Counted from the stretch's first letter, positions 13,232-23,576 are shown. The stretch: 64,000 nt of DNA from Candidatus Marinacidobacterales bacterium (GCA_965224085.1 CBDCYI010000011.1:1120001-1184000); one strand, 5' to 3'. Numbers and translations are program-made. Notes: generated from the letters alone by a model not told the origin.

Positions 13232-13969
13232 ATGTCGCTGGCCGTCACTTCGTTGCGTCGTCAGGGAAGCGCGGTGGCCCTGTTGGGATTCGGCAGTATC
13301 GCTCTTTTGGCGGTCTCGCAGCCTATTTGGCTGGTGGGCTCGATGGTGATCTGGGCCTATTGTCTCTACCTTCTGTTTGGAAGTCTCGAAGAGAACATCC
13401 GCGACGGTGAGTCGGCGCCTCTCGCGAGCTTGGGATGGCCTACGCTCTTAACACTCATGCGAGGCGTTCTTCTTGCTGTCGTCGCGGGCTTTCTCTTCAC
13501 CCCGATGCCGCTTGGGGAGCGCGCCTACTTTCCCCCGGGCGCCTATACGCTCGCCGTTGTGCTGGATCACATCGACGGGCGTCTCGCGCGGGCGATGGGG
13601 CGCGCGACGCTCCTCGGTGAGCGCCTCGATATGGAGGTCGACGCTGCAGGGATCTTGATAGCAAGCCTCCTCGCGATCCAATACGGCAAGCTCCCAGCAT
13701 GGTACGTCGTCATCGGGCTCGCGCGCTATCTGTTCGTGCTCGGGATCGCCTGGCGTCGCCGTCGGGCGCGCGTCGTGCTCGAGCTCGAGCCGAATGCGTT
13801 GCGCCGCCTGTTGGCGGGCGTACAAATGGGCTTTCTCGCGGTGTCGTTGTGGCCGCCGATGCCTTTTGAAGCGTCGCTCTTCGCGGCACCTTTCTTCGCG
13901 GGTGCATCGCTCGCGATGTTCGCCCGAGATTGGTGGTGGGTCTCCGGGCGTCTCCATCGAGCGGCATGA
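13232..13969 (+). CDS. CDP-alcohol phosphatidyltransferase family protein
   Basis: Signature DHIDGRLARAMGRATLLGERLDMEVD. Confidence 0.92.
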   Translation: MSLAVTSLRRQGSAVALLGFGSIALLAVSQPIWLVGSMVIWAYCLYLLFGSLEENIRDGESAPLASLGWPTLLTLMRGVLLAVVAGFLFTPMPLGERAYFPPGAYTLAVVLDHIDGRLARAMGRATLLGERLDMEVDAAGILIASLLAIQYGKLPAWYVVIGLARYLFVLGIAWRRRRARVVLELEPNALRRLLAGVQMGFLAVSLWPPMPFEASLFAAPFFAGASLAMFARDWWWVSGRLHRAA

Positions 13970-14892
13970 GCCGGGCTCGCACTTTGCGGGCCGCTCTCTG
14001 GGTCTTGGCGGCGGGTCTGTTCGCTTGGACGCTCAGCCGTGTCCCGCTCGCGGACGCCTGGAGCGCGATTCGGGGGCTCGATGCGACAGCGCTCGTAGTG
14101 CTCGTCTCTTTGAACGCGCTCGCGCTTCTCGTCTTCGGCTTGAAGTGGTGGGTCGTGCTGCGTGGACTGGGACACAAAGTTGGGTTGTTCGAAACGGCGC
14201 TCTACCGGCTCGCGGGCTTCGGATTCGCTTACTTCACCCCCGGCCCGCGGATCGGCGGCGAACCGGTTCAAGTGATCCTGGCGGAGCAACGCTCGGGCGT
14301 TCCCCGGGATGCGGCCATTGCGTCGGTGGCGCTCGACCGCATGCTCGACGCGTCCATCAATCTCGGCTTTGTCTTGGCCGCGGCTCTCTATCTGCTGGAA
14401 GGAGGAGGGGCTCTTTTTGTCGGCATCCTGCTCGCCGTGCCACTCGGATATATGCTCGCGCTCGCGCGTGGCCATCGCCCGCTGGCCGCATTCGTCCGCC
14501 GCGAAGTCGTCCGCTCGATCGAAGATCAGACCGGGCGTTTTTGCCGCGAGCGCGCCGGCCACTTGATGCTCGCCGTGCTCGCAGGTTTGGCCAGCCTTTC
14601 GATGATGCTCGCCGAATATTGGCTCCTGAGTTTCTATCTCGGGACGCCGCTGAGCTTCCGCCAGCTCGTCATCGGCCTCGCCGCGGCCCGCATCGCTTAT
14701 TTTCTTTTTCTGCCCGCGGCCCTCGGTGTTCTGGAAGCCGGTCAGGTGATAGCGGTCCGCTCGTTGGGGCTTCCCGTCGCGCTCGGCGTCAGCTTGAGTC
14801 TCGTGATCCGGTTTCGCGACGTTCTCGTCGCCGCGCTCGGGCTGTGGTGGGGGATGCGCGCCGTTACGGCGAGTCTCGAGCGATCGTCTTGA
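13966..14892 (+). CDS. Lysylphosphatidylglycerol-synthase TM region / UPF0104 flippase-like protein
   Basis: Motifs YFTPGPRIGGEP, SVALDR, PAALGVLE; ATGA coupling with the upstream gene. Confidence 0.8.
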   Translation: MSRARTLRAALWVLAAGLFAWTLSRVPLADAWSAIRGLDATALVVLVSLNALALLVFGLKWWVVLRGLGHKVGLFETALYRLAGFGFAYFTPGPRIGGEPVQVILAEQRSGVPRDAAIASVALDRMLDASINLGFVLAAALYLLEGGGALFVGILLAVPLGYMLALARGHRPLAAFVRREVVRSIEDQTGRFCRERAGHLMLAVLAGLASLSMMLAEYWLLSFYLGTPLSFRQLVIGLAAARIAYFLFLPAALGVLEAGQVIAVRSLGLPVALGVSLSLVIRFRDVLVAALGLWWGMRAVTASLERSS

Positions 14893-15937
14893 GAAATTCT
14901 TCGATTCGGTCCATCGATTGCTCCCAGGTAGGATGCGCGTGGAAGCTTTCGAGCGCGGCGAGGCTCAACCGACCGAGGAGCCCTCGATCCTCGAGGAGGC
15001 GCTCGAGCTGCCGGCTCAAGCTGAGCGTATCCCCCGGCTGGATGAGAAAGCCGTTTTGCTCGTGATGCACAGTCTCGTCGGTGGCACCGGCCGCGCTCGC
15101 GATGACGGGGATGCCGAAGCCGAGCGCCTCTAAATAGACGATCCCGAAGCCCTCGTAGCTCGAAGGCACTACAAGAAGCTGGCTCTCCTGGTAGCGCTCA
15201 GCGAGGCGTTCGCCCCGGAGCACGCCGTGAAGCGTGAGACGCGAGCGCAGTTCGAGCGCGTCGATTTGTTGCCGCATCCGGCTTGCGTAGCCCGGGTCCA
15301 TCTCCTCACTTCCCACGATGTCGAGATGCCACGCCTGCTCACGAAGCTCGGCGAGTGCTTTGAGGAGAATGTGGAGTCCTTTCCTCTCGATCAGGTTTCC
15401 CACGAACAGCATGCGCAAGGGGCCCTCGGCGAACGCGCGTTGATAGATTTCCGGGCCGGTGAGCTTGGCCCCGAGCCGGTTACCGCCCGGCGTCGCGACG
15501 ACGTTGTGCGTCTTTTTGCTCAGAAGCTCTTCGACCGACTCGCGGGTCGTGTGGCTGTTGAAAACGAACGCGCCGACCGTCTGTAGGTAGCGCTTCTCGA
15601 TGCGCCGGTAGAGGTTGGTTCGCCTGGGCGCGTGACTTTCACTCGAGAGCAAGTGGTGCACGATGCAGACGATGGGCGCGGTCGCGCCGCGATTCGAACG
15701 GAATAGTGACGGGTGTGTGAGCTCGTCTTGTAATAAAACGTCGAAGCGTTCTTGCAATCGCCGTTTCAGCGACGGTAAAAAGTTCTGCGCCAAATGCCGA
15801 GCGTAGCTCCCATGCGGGAGCGAGAGGATATCGACGTCATGTCCACTGTCGCGCAAGTGCTCCGCCAGTTTTTGATCGTAGAGATTGCCGCCGGAAACCT
15901 GGTCCAATTGGCCGTAAACGACGAGCCCGATATGCAC
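14864..15937 (-). CDS. Glycosyltransferase family 4
   Basis: Motifs SGGNLYD, FVGNLIERKG, EGFGIVYLEALGFGIPVI. Confidence 0.9.
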   Translation of the reverse strand: MHIGLVVYGQLDQVSGGNLYDQKLAEHLRDSGHDVDILSLPHGSYARHLAQNFLPSLKRRLQERFDVLLQDELTHPSLFRSNRGATAPIVCIVHHLLSSESHAPRRTNLYRRIEKRYLQTVGAFVFNSHTTRESVEELLSKKTHNVVATPGGNRLGAKLTGPEIYQRAFAEGPLRMLFVGNLIERKGLHILLKALAELREQAWHLDIVGSEEMDPGYASRMRQQIDALELRSRLTLHGVLRGERLAERYQESQLLVVPSSYEGFGIVYLEALGFGIPVIASAAGATDETVHHEQNGFLIQPGDTLSLSRQLERLLEDRGLLGRLSLAALESFHAHPTWEQSMDRIEEFLKTIARDSP

Positions 15938-15977
15938 GGGGCGGGAGTATCGCAGCTCTGACGCTGGACGCGCAAGC

Positions 15978-16258
15978 GTGACGCCACATACACTTTCCTC
16001 GATGCGCATCCCACCTCTCGGACTCGGTACTTGGGACCTCCGCGGGGATGCGTGTCGTCGTGCAGTACGCGAGGCGCTCGAGCTCGGCTACCGCCACGTC
16101 GACACGGCGCAAATGTACGAGAACGAGACCGATGTGGGCCGCGGTCTCGCGGCGGCTAGCGTGGATCGCGACGAAGTGTTCGTGACCACCAAGCTATGGC
16201 GCGACAACTTGACGTGCGACGCGGTGTCGAAGAGCACGGAGGCGAGCTTGAAACTTCG
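15978..16258 (+). pseudogene. Aldo/keto reductase, N-terminal fragment
   Basis: GLGTW, GYRHVDTAQMYENE, VFVTTKLW; homology ends abruptly after SLKL. Confidence 0.85.
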
Positions 16259-16528
16259 TAGCGCCAGACTGGTCGCCCGATTGGGACTGATCAGAAGCTT
16301 CGGGATGCTCGAAAGGGTCAATGACACCAGTCTCCGGATGAATCTGGCATAATCGCGCGTGATCAGGAGGTAGCGTCCATTTAATGGCGAAATACATGCG
16401 CGGGGAGTCTCTCGCACAGTGTGTTGGCCCTCCGGCAGGGCGTTGATGCTAGGGCTTCTCGCCGAAGCGGAAGCGGTCGTCGGGCCTTATCCCGAAGGTC
16501 GCAACCTATTGGAGAGATAGAAACAGCC

Positions 16529-18844
16529 ATGCGCAAGTCAGCTCCGCGGTTCATCGGCGCGCGAGTAAAACGCCGCGAAGACCCCGCGCTCGTTAGCGGA
16601 GAAGGCAAGTTTGTCGCGGACATCGAGCTCGCCGCCGCGGCGACGATGGCCTTTGTCCGAAGCCCCTACGCTCATGCGACGGTGAAAAGGATCGATACGT
16701 CCGACGCCCTAGCGATACCGGGCGTTTTGACGGTTTACACCGCGGTGGATCTGAATCCGCTCGTCTCGAAGCCGTTCCCGTTTCTCACGAGCGGCGACGG
16801 CGGCCACCTCACGAACGTCTACCAGCAGAAGCGCTTCCCGCTCGCCTCCGACAAAGTGCGCCACGTCGGGGATCCGGTGGCTGTAGTGATTGCCGATGAT
16901 CCTTACGTGGCGGTCGATGCCGTAGAAGCCGTTTCGGTCGACTATGAGCCGCTCGGCACGGTCACCGAGACCGATCACGCGTTGTCGGAGGGCGCTCCCC
17001 TGATTCACGAGGACTGCGCCAAAAACCGCGCTTTCGATTGGAGTCTCGACGGTGGGGACATCGAAGGGGCTTTCGGGAAAGCGCATACGCGTGTGGAGCT
17101 TCGAGCCGACATCCAAAGGCTCGTGCCGAACGCGATGGAGCCTCGTGCCGTGGCCGCGAGCTTCGACGACGAAGATGGCTACACGCTCTGGACGACCACG
17201 CAAATCCCACATCAAATCCGCGATTTCCTCGCGGTGATGCTCGAGATCGACAGGAAGCGTTTCCGCGTCGTCGCTCCGGAAGTCGGCGGCGGCTTCGGCG
17301 CAAAATGCAACGTCTACGCCGAAGAGGTGCTTGCGGTCTTACTCGCGCACCACGTGCGGCGGGCGGTCCGCTGGACCGCTTCGAGAACAGAGGACTATCT
17401 CGTCACGAGCCACGGCCGTGACCAGGAGGGCGTCTTGCGCCTCGCGGCCGATGAGAGCGGGCGCGTGCTCGGGGCCGATCTCACACTCACGATGGATTGC
17501 GGCGCATATTTCAGCCGCGTAACGCCGATCATTCCGGCGCTCACGGGCGTGATGATGACGGGTGTCTATGACATCCCGAACGTCCGCGCGCGCGCCACGG
17601 GTGTGTTCACCAACAAAGTCATGAGCGAGCCCTATCGTGGCGCAGGCCGTCCAGAAGCCGCCTATTTTCTCGAGCGGGCGATGGACCTGCTCGCGGACGA
17701 GCTCGAGATGGATCCGGTCGAGCTCCGCCGCCGTAACTTCATCGCTTCGGATCGCTTTCCGTACGAGACCGCGACGGGGCTCACCTATGACAGCGGCGAT
17801 TACGAAGGCGCGCTCGATGAACTCTTGACGCACGTCGACTATGACCGTATTCGGAAGGAGCAAGCGAAGCGCCGCCAGGAGCCTTCGGCGAAGCTTCTCG
17901 GGATCGGGATCGCGTGCTACGTGGAGATTTGCGGTTTTGGGCCTTGGGAGCTCGGAAGCGTGCGGGTTGCCGCGGACGGCAAAGTCACCGTGCTGTCGGG
18001 CACATCCCCGCACGGGCAGGGCCACGCGACGAGCTGGGCACAAATCACGGCCGATACGCTTCAAGTACCACTCGAAGACGTTGAAGTGATCCATGGCGAC
18101 ACCAAGATCGTTCCAAAGGGGATTGGCACTTTTGGAAGCCGCAGCGCGCCGGTCGGTGGCGCCGCGGTGCACGAGAGCTCCGAGAAGGTACGGCAAGGGG
18201 CTGCGGCCATCGCGGCTCACCTGCTCGAGGCGGCACCGGCCGACATGCGGCTCGACAACGGCACGTTCCACGTCGTCGGCTTACCCGGACGCGGCGTGAG
18301 CTTGAAGGACGTCGCCGCCGCGGCGCACGCGGAGGATCTTCCAGAGGAGCTGAGCGGGAAGTTGAACGCGAGCACTCAGTTCGCGCCCTCCGGCGACACG
18401 TTTCCCTTCGGGGCGCATGCGAGCATTGTCGAGATCGATCCTGCCACGGGTGAAGTCGCCATCCTTCGTTTCATCTCCGTGGACGATTGCGGGAAGGTGA
18501 TCAATCCGCTTCTCGTCACCGGACAGGTACATGGTGGTCTAGCCCAGGGCATCGGACAAGCGCTTTGGGAAGGTGCTGTCTATGACGAAGGCGGGAATCT
18601 CGTGACAGGCAATTTGATGGAATATGCGGTACCGCGAGCGGATCTCTTGCCATCTTACGAGAACTACCGTACCGAGACGCCCACGCCGCTCAACGCGCTC
18701 GGCGTGAAGGGCATTGGCGAAGCGGCGACCATCGGCTCGACGCCCGCGGTCGTGAATGCGGTCGTGGACGCGCTCTCGCATCTCGGCATAAAGCACGTGG
18801 ACACGCCGCTAACGCCTGAAAAGATCTGGAAGCTAATCTCGTGA
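16529..18844 (+). CDS. Xanthine dehydrogenase-family molybdopterin-binding subunit (CoxL form II-like)
   Basis: Motifs RREDP, VGGGFGAK, PYRGAGRPEA, HGQGH, GTFGSRS, GQVHGG, KGIGEA. Confidence 0.9.
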   Translation: MRKSAPRFIGARVKRREDPALVSGEGKFVADIELAAAATMAFVRSPYAHATVKRIDTSDALAIPGVLTVYTAVDLNPLVSKPFPFLTSGDGGHLTNVYQQKRFPLASDKVRHVGDPVAVVIADDPYVAVDAVEAVSVDYEPLGTVTETDHALSEGAPLIHEDCAKNRAFDWSLDGGDIEGAFGKAHTRVELRADIQRLVPNAMEPRAVAASFDDEDGYTLWTTTQIPHQIRDFLAVMLEIDRKRFRVVAPEVGGGFGAKCNVYAEEVLAVLLAHHVRRAVRWTASRTEDYLVTSHGRDQEGVLRLAADESGRVLGADLTLTMDCGAYFSRVTPIIPALTGVMMTGVYDIPNVRARATGVFTNKVMSEPYRGAGRPEAAYFLERAMDLLADELEMDPVELRRRNFIASDRFPYETATGLTYDSGDYEGALDELLTHVDYDRIRKEQAKRRQEPSAKLLGIGIACYVEICGFGPWELGSVRVAADGKVTVLSGTSPHGQGHATSWAQITADTLQVPLEDVEVIHGDTKIVPKGIGTFGSRSAPVGGAAVHESSEKVRQGAAAIAAHLLEAAPADMRLDNGTFHVVGLPGRGVSLKDVAAAAHAEDLPEELSGKLNASTQFAPSGDTFPFGAHASIVEIDPATGEVAILRFISVDDCGKVINPLLVTGQVHGGLAQGIGQALWEGAVYDEGGNLVTGNLMEYAVPRADLLPSYENYRTETPTPLNALGVKGIGEAATIGSTPAVVNAVVDALSHLGIKHVDTPLTPEKIWKLIS

Positions 18845-18979
18845 GCGAAAGGTTACGCTTCTTTTATCGTTGATCGTTTCTACTATTGGCCCGTTTCAGC
18901 GGCGAAGATTTCGCGAAGCAGCTCACGCCAACGGGCGTATTGGGTCGCGACCGATCCTTCGAGTCTCAACACTTTACCG

Positions 18980-19785
18980 GGTATTGTCAAGTTGACGTTG
19001 AGCGAGCGAACCTATTGCGTCGAGCTGATTTCCTTTGCTCTCATCGGACGGCACAGGTTACCTCCTGCCAGACGATGAAAGCGCGGTCTCGTAGCTCCCG
19101 ATGATGATGCGCTTGCAACAAATGCCGTCCGACGCGAAAGAGGTTTTGCACGAGTCCATGCACGGTCAAGAATCGTTGCGCCTGCCCAGGAGTTTTAAAC
19201 TTCCGCATCTGTCGTTCCCGTTGTCGCGTCGGTTCGTGCGAGACTTCGGCTAGGTTGTTTCTGTACTGGTCAGTGTCGTGGACGACGGACGGCATGACCT
19301 CGCGGTGAGCGGCGCTGTAGCTTCTCAGTTTGTCGGTGACCAGCTGCCAGGGCGGACGGCCTTGCCCTTTCAACAGCTTGCGGAAGAATCGTTTGGCGGC
19401 TTTCTGATCACGGCGAGGCTGGACGAGGATATCAATCACATCACCATCTTGGTCTACCGCGCGCCAGAGGTATTGGCGTTCGCCTTGTATCTTTATGAAG
19501 ACCTCGTCCAGGTGCCACGTGTCACCAAGGCGACCCTGCCGACGCTTCAGTCGCCGAGCGTATTCCGGCCCGAACTTGATGCACCAAAGTCGGATCGCTT
19601 CGTAGGAAACCGTGATGCCTCGCTGAGCAAGCAGCTCTTCGACGTTTCGAAAGCTCACGCAGAATCGGTGGTAGAGCCAGACGGCGTGGCTGATGATTTC
19701 CGGTGGAAATCGATAGCCGTGGTAGCTTGGCGCATCGGTCTTCATTGGACCATTCTGTCAGTCACCGGCTCAATTTGACAGTACC
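18980..19785 (-). mobile_element. IS6-family insertion sequence (806 bp)
   Basis: Terminal IRs GGTATTGTCAAGTTGA and GGTACTGTCAAATTGA (14/16). The flanking 8-mers are not identical. Confidence 0.9.
19041..19745 (-). CDS. IS6-family transposase
   Basis: Motifs YRFPPEIISHAVWLY, WHLDEVF, YLWRAVD, VTDKLRSY, NNLAEVSH. Confidence 0.95.
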   Translation of the reverse strand: MKTDAPSYHGYRFPPEIISHAVWLYHRFCVSFRNVEELLAQRGITVSYEAIRLWCIKFGPEYARRLKRRQGRLGDTWHLDEVFIKIQGERQYLWRAVDQDGDVIDILVQPRRDQKAAKRFFRKLLKGQGRPPWQLVTDKLRSYSAAHREVMPSVVHDTDQYRNNLAEVSHEPTRQRERQMRKFKTPGQAQRFLTVHGLVQNLFRVGRHLLQAHHHRELRDRAFIVWQEVTCAVR

Positions 19786-19796
19786 CTTGACGGATT

Positions 19797-19889
19797 TCCC
19801 GGACGCCGAGTGGGACTTGCGAATGTCCATGGCGCGACAATGCTCCCGGACGCCGAGTGGGACTTGCGAATGTCCATGGGCGACAATGC
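19797..19889 (+). repeat. Tandem duplication of about 47 bp with one indel
   Basis: TCCCGGACGCCGAGTGGGACTTGCGAATGTCCATGG(C)GCGACAATGC twice, just right of IS6. Confidence 0.9.
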
Positions 19890-19924
19890 TGGCTGCTCGG
19901 CGCCGACGTCGGGGGACGACGGCC

Positions 19925-20410
19925 GTGAACGAAGTCCGTCTCGGATTGCTCGGGTGCGGTCGGATTGTCCAACTCGTCCATCTGGAGGCGCTCGGGCGGT
20001 TGAAGCGGGCGAAGCTCGTGGCGGTGGCAGAGCCGCATCCGGAGTCTCAGCAATACGTGCGCACTCACGCACCCGACGTGGATGTCATGTCCGATTACAT
20101 GACCCTCTTGCGAAGAACGGATCTCGATGCGGTCGTCGTCTGTCTTCCAACGGGGCTGCACGTCCAGGCGGCGACCGAAGCCTTCGACCGAGACAAGCAC
20201 CTGTATCTGGAGAAACCAATCGCGACGAACCTCGCGGACGCACGATCGCTACTGGACACCTGGAGTCGCAATCCAGCGAAGCGGGCAGCGGTCGGGTTCC
20301 ACAATCGCTTCCATCCTCTTTATCAACAGGCGAAACAGATCGTTCAAAGCGACAAGCTGGGTCGAATCGTCGGAGCTCGCGTGTCTTGGTGCTCGGCAAC
20401 GCGGCAGCTA
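19925..20410 (+). pseudogene. Gfo/Idh/MocA oxidoreductase, N-terminal half only
   Basis: LGLLGCGRI, HLYLEKPIA, VGFHNRFHP; homology ends near 20410. Confidence 0.85.
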
Positions 20411-20411
20411 G

Positions 20412-21053
20412 GCCGAGATGGAAGGGCTCACCAAATCCGTGATTCTCGGGATTCTCTTCGGGATCGACTTCGAGGACAAAGGAGGAAAGCTGGGAGAAGC
20501 GATTCGCTTCCGTCGGTGTTACACCGAATACGTCTACCATTCACACTTGCCGCTCCGCACACGTTTGCCGCTGCCGATCGTGCGTCGCAACAGATGGGCG
20601 ATCGCGGCATTGGACGAGGCGATCTACGCCGAGATCGAGAAGAGGGGAAACGGATTCGTGGGCAACGACCTCGTGTCATCGTTGATCGATGCGACCTATC
20701 GCGACGGTTCACGGATGAATGATCGGCTGTTGTGCGATGAAATCCGTTCGCTGACCCACACCGGATATGAAACGATCGGCGACGCCTTGACCTGGACCTG
20801 GTATCGGCTCATGCAGAACTCGGATGTCGAAGCGCGGCTACTGGATGAATTGAACAATGTGTTGGGCGGGCGACCGCCGAGGATCGAAGATATCCCGCGA
20901 CTCGAGTACGCGCGGATGGTGATATCCGAGTCTATGCGCGTGTTTCCGCCAACCTGGATCTATGTACGTGTGCCGGTGGCGAGTGACCGGTTGCCCAGCG
21001 GCGTCGAAGTTGGACGTGGCGCCAAGCTCTACCTGTGTCCGTTCGTCATGCAC
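20412..21053 (+). pseudogene. Cytochrome P450 internal fragment (no heme-Cys motif)
   Basis: I-helix GYETIGDALTWTW, K-helix ESMRVFPP, ends at PFVMH. No PERF or FxxGxxxC motif. Confidence 0.8.
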
Positions 21054-21089
21054 GGTCGTCGCTGTGATGTTGACGTGACGCGCCTCGGG

Positions 21090-22628
21090 ATGACCGCGCG
21101 ATCACGTGTGGTGCTGGTGCTCCTGCTGCTGCTTTCGGTGGGCGTCTTGCTGCGCGTGGCCCATTGGAATCCCGGCGAAGCCTCGGACGACAGCCGCTAC
21201 ATGAACTACGCCGCCCAGATGCTCCTGGGTGAGCCTCCCCCATACAACATCCATTCGGTGCGCTTCGGTTATATCCTCTTCCTGGCAGCGGGCATGCGCC
21301 TGTTCGGAACAACCACATTCGTATGTCAGGCGCTGGGAATCGGCGTCTTCATCGCAACGGCCCTCCTGCTCTTCGACATCACGAGAAGGCTTTCCGCCAC
21401 CCGAGAAGGATTGCTTGCGGTTGGTCTATTCGTACTTCTTCCCCTCGACATCGTCAGAAGCACCTGCGTTTCCCCGGATGGGCTGATGACGTCGCTCGTG
21501 CTGACGGCGAGTCTGCTCTACCTGCTCGCGAAGACCGAGGCGCCGGGCACGCGGCAATTCGGTCTGAGCATCGGGGCGGGGTTAGCTCTTGGCTGGGCAG
21601 TTTCGGTCAAAGAGCCAGCCGTCGTCGCCGGCCTGGCATTCGCGGCCGATCTGCTCTTCACGACTAGAGACCGACGCGGTCTTGCCATCTTGTCCGGCAT
21701 GGCTCTGGGTGGACTTGCCCTGCTGGGCCTGGAGAGCCTGGGTCTCTTCGCATGGACAGGAGATCCGCTCTTCCGCATTCAACACACCTCGGATTACGTC
21801 AGTTCCGGTGGATCATTTTCGCTGAAAAATTCCTTCGACCTTCATGATGCGCTCTTCTACCTGCGGCTCGCGTCGAACTCATGGGACCAATACGGAATCC
21901 ACGGCTACCTGCTGCTCGTCGGGGCCTTGCTAGCGATCAATCGACGATCCAAGAGCGCGGTCTTCCCGCTCGTATTCTGTGGGGTTGTCGCAGCCTACTT
22001 CTCGGTCGGAACCATCAGTCTCTCGCGATACGTGCAGATCTGGCAGCAGACGCGGTATTTCCACGTCGTTCTCGTCATGGGATGCGTATTCGCTGCAATC
22101 GAGCTTCTGGTGTTGGCGCGTGATCTAAGGCTGAAGCCTATCATCGTAATGGCCGCTGGCGTCGGACTAGTTGCCGTTTCGCTGTGGGCGGCCAAGGAGA
22201 CGGATTGGCGAGGGACCGTCCCGGTGGCGACTTGGCTGGGCGAGCTCGACGACCGGCGCAAAGCGGATTTCGTCGTCCTCGAAACGTTCGCACGAAGGCA
22301 GGCGTTGGAGCATCGCCAGGTCGTGGCTGCGTGGCCGACAATTCCCGACAACGCGACTCACTCCTCCAAGCTCGTCGCCACCACGCTTGCCGGCCGCGGA
22401 CTCGTCGTGGATCAGTTTTCGTTCGATCGAGAGCACCTTCAGGAAGTCGAGTTGAGATTGACGAGTGGCCCGGAAGTGACGTTCCGGCACGAGGTGATTC
22501 AGGGCGATTCCTGGCCGCCATACAAGCAATGGATCGGGATCGGACAAAAGGAAGTCACGATCGGGCGCATTTGGTGGCTAGCGTCGAACCTGGAGACGCC
22601 GGCTGACGGATCCAGGAGGCGACAATGA
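21090..22628 (+). CDS. ArnT/PMT-like (GT39/GT83) membrane glycosyltransferase
   Basis: SDDSRY after the first TM, many TM helices, VKEP, QTRYF. Confidence 0.7.
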   Translation: MTARSRVVLVLLLLLSVGVLLRVAHWNPGEASDDSRYMNYAAQMLLGEPPPYNIHSVRFGYILFLAAGMRLFGTTTFVCQALGIGVFIATALLLFDITRRLSATREGLLAVGLFVLLPLDIVRSTCVSPDGLMTSLVLTASLLYLLAKTEAPGTRQFGLSIGAGLALGWAVSVKEPAVVAGLAFAADLLFTTRDRRGLAILSGMALGGLALLGLESLGLFAWTGDPLFRIQHTSDYVSSGGSFSLKNSFDLHDALFYLRLASNSWDQYGIHGYLLLVGALLAINRRSKSAVFPLVFCGVVAAYFSVGTISLSRYVQIWQQTRYFHVVLVMGCVFAAIELLVLARDLRLKPIIVMAAGVGLVAVSLWAAKETDWRGTVPVATWLGELDDRRKADFVVLETFARRQALEHRQVVAAWPTIPDNATHSSKLVATTLAGRGLVVDQFSFDREHLQEVELRLTSGPEVTFRHEVIQGDSWPPYKQWIGIGQKEVTIGRIWWLASNLETPADGSRRRQ

Positions 22629-22698
22629 CCGGCGCCCTGAAGATCGTCGGGCACGTCGCTTCTGACGGCTTACTTTTTCTCGAGCAGATTGTCCCGAC

Positions 22699-23445
22699 AT
22701 GATGCTTTCCCCGAAACTTTGCTGGCTGGCCTTCGGCGCGACTTCCGCTACGATCCTGTTTTCGATGTTGCTGGTGGGATTGAAGGATCGCACGGCACTG
22801 GAATTCTTGTTGGTGAATGGCGGGATTGTCGAGTCTTCGCCCGCGCTGATCTTTCTGCTCGCCTCGGTGGGCTCCGGGTTGATCGTGCTGAAGACGAAGA
22901 AGCTTCTCCCTTGGGCGTTCTTTGCCGTGTTTTGTTTTTTTCTCGCTGGCGAGGAGGCAGAGTGGGGCCGTGACCGGATATTGGGGTGGGAATCCTCGAG
23001 ATTCACCAAGGAGGAATCGCAACCCGCCGACCTTCACAACTGGTTCACCGATGTGGTCGCAGAACTCGTGCCCAACCATTGCGGCGAGAAGGCGCCACCG
23101 ATGGTCACCACGATCGTGGGTAGCGCGACGATGCTCCTTGCCTCTTGAGTTCTCGGGCTTGCCATCTGCCTCGGCCTTTTCGCCCCCCCAAAGAAGATCC
23201 CCTGGAGTTCGATGAAAGCATTCTGGCAGAGAGATCTCTCGCTGCAGTTTGTCATCACCGGCATCGTTCTGATCATGTTCGGCTTCGTCGATATGCTACA
23301 GGAGTCCTTTGGCCTATCGTATGTGCCCGGCATGTGGCCCCTGGAAGAATCATTTGAGGTGCTTGGCAGCATCGCGCTGCTCTTCGCCGCATTGATCAAG
23401 CTCCTCGAGCCTGTTCCGACAGAGGCCGGCAGCCCCCCCATTTGA
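22699..23445 (+). pseudogene. Multi-pass membrane protein with in-frame TGA at 23146-23148
   Basis: ORFs 22699-23148 and 23212-23445 share a frame. GEEAEWG...LHN and LEESFE motifs. Confidence 0.6.
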
Positions 23446-23576
23446 TCGTGATCGCCATCGGCGAAGGCGAAAACGCGACCTGTTCTTCCCAACAAGTGGT
23501 ATGCGTGAGGTTTGTTGATCGCTGGTTTTCGACGCCCCGCGATGAAGACGCCCAACGATTAGAAATCATGGACAAA

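Noticed and set aside
16529-18844. Aerobic CO dehydrogenase (form I coxL)
   Set aside because: Lacks the AYxCSFR motif and the cox accessory genes.
19797-19889. Possible CRISPR repeat pair
   Set aside because: Two abutting copies with no spacer and no cas genes; a simple tandem duplication.
23146-23148. In-frame TGA as selenocysteine
   Set aside because: It lies in a hydrophobic TM segment with no redox motif and no convincing downstream hairpin; more likely a nonsense change.
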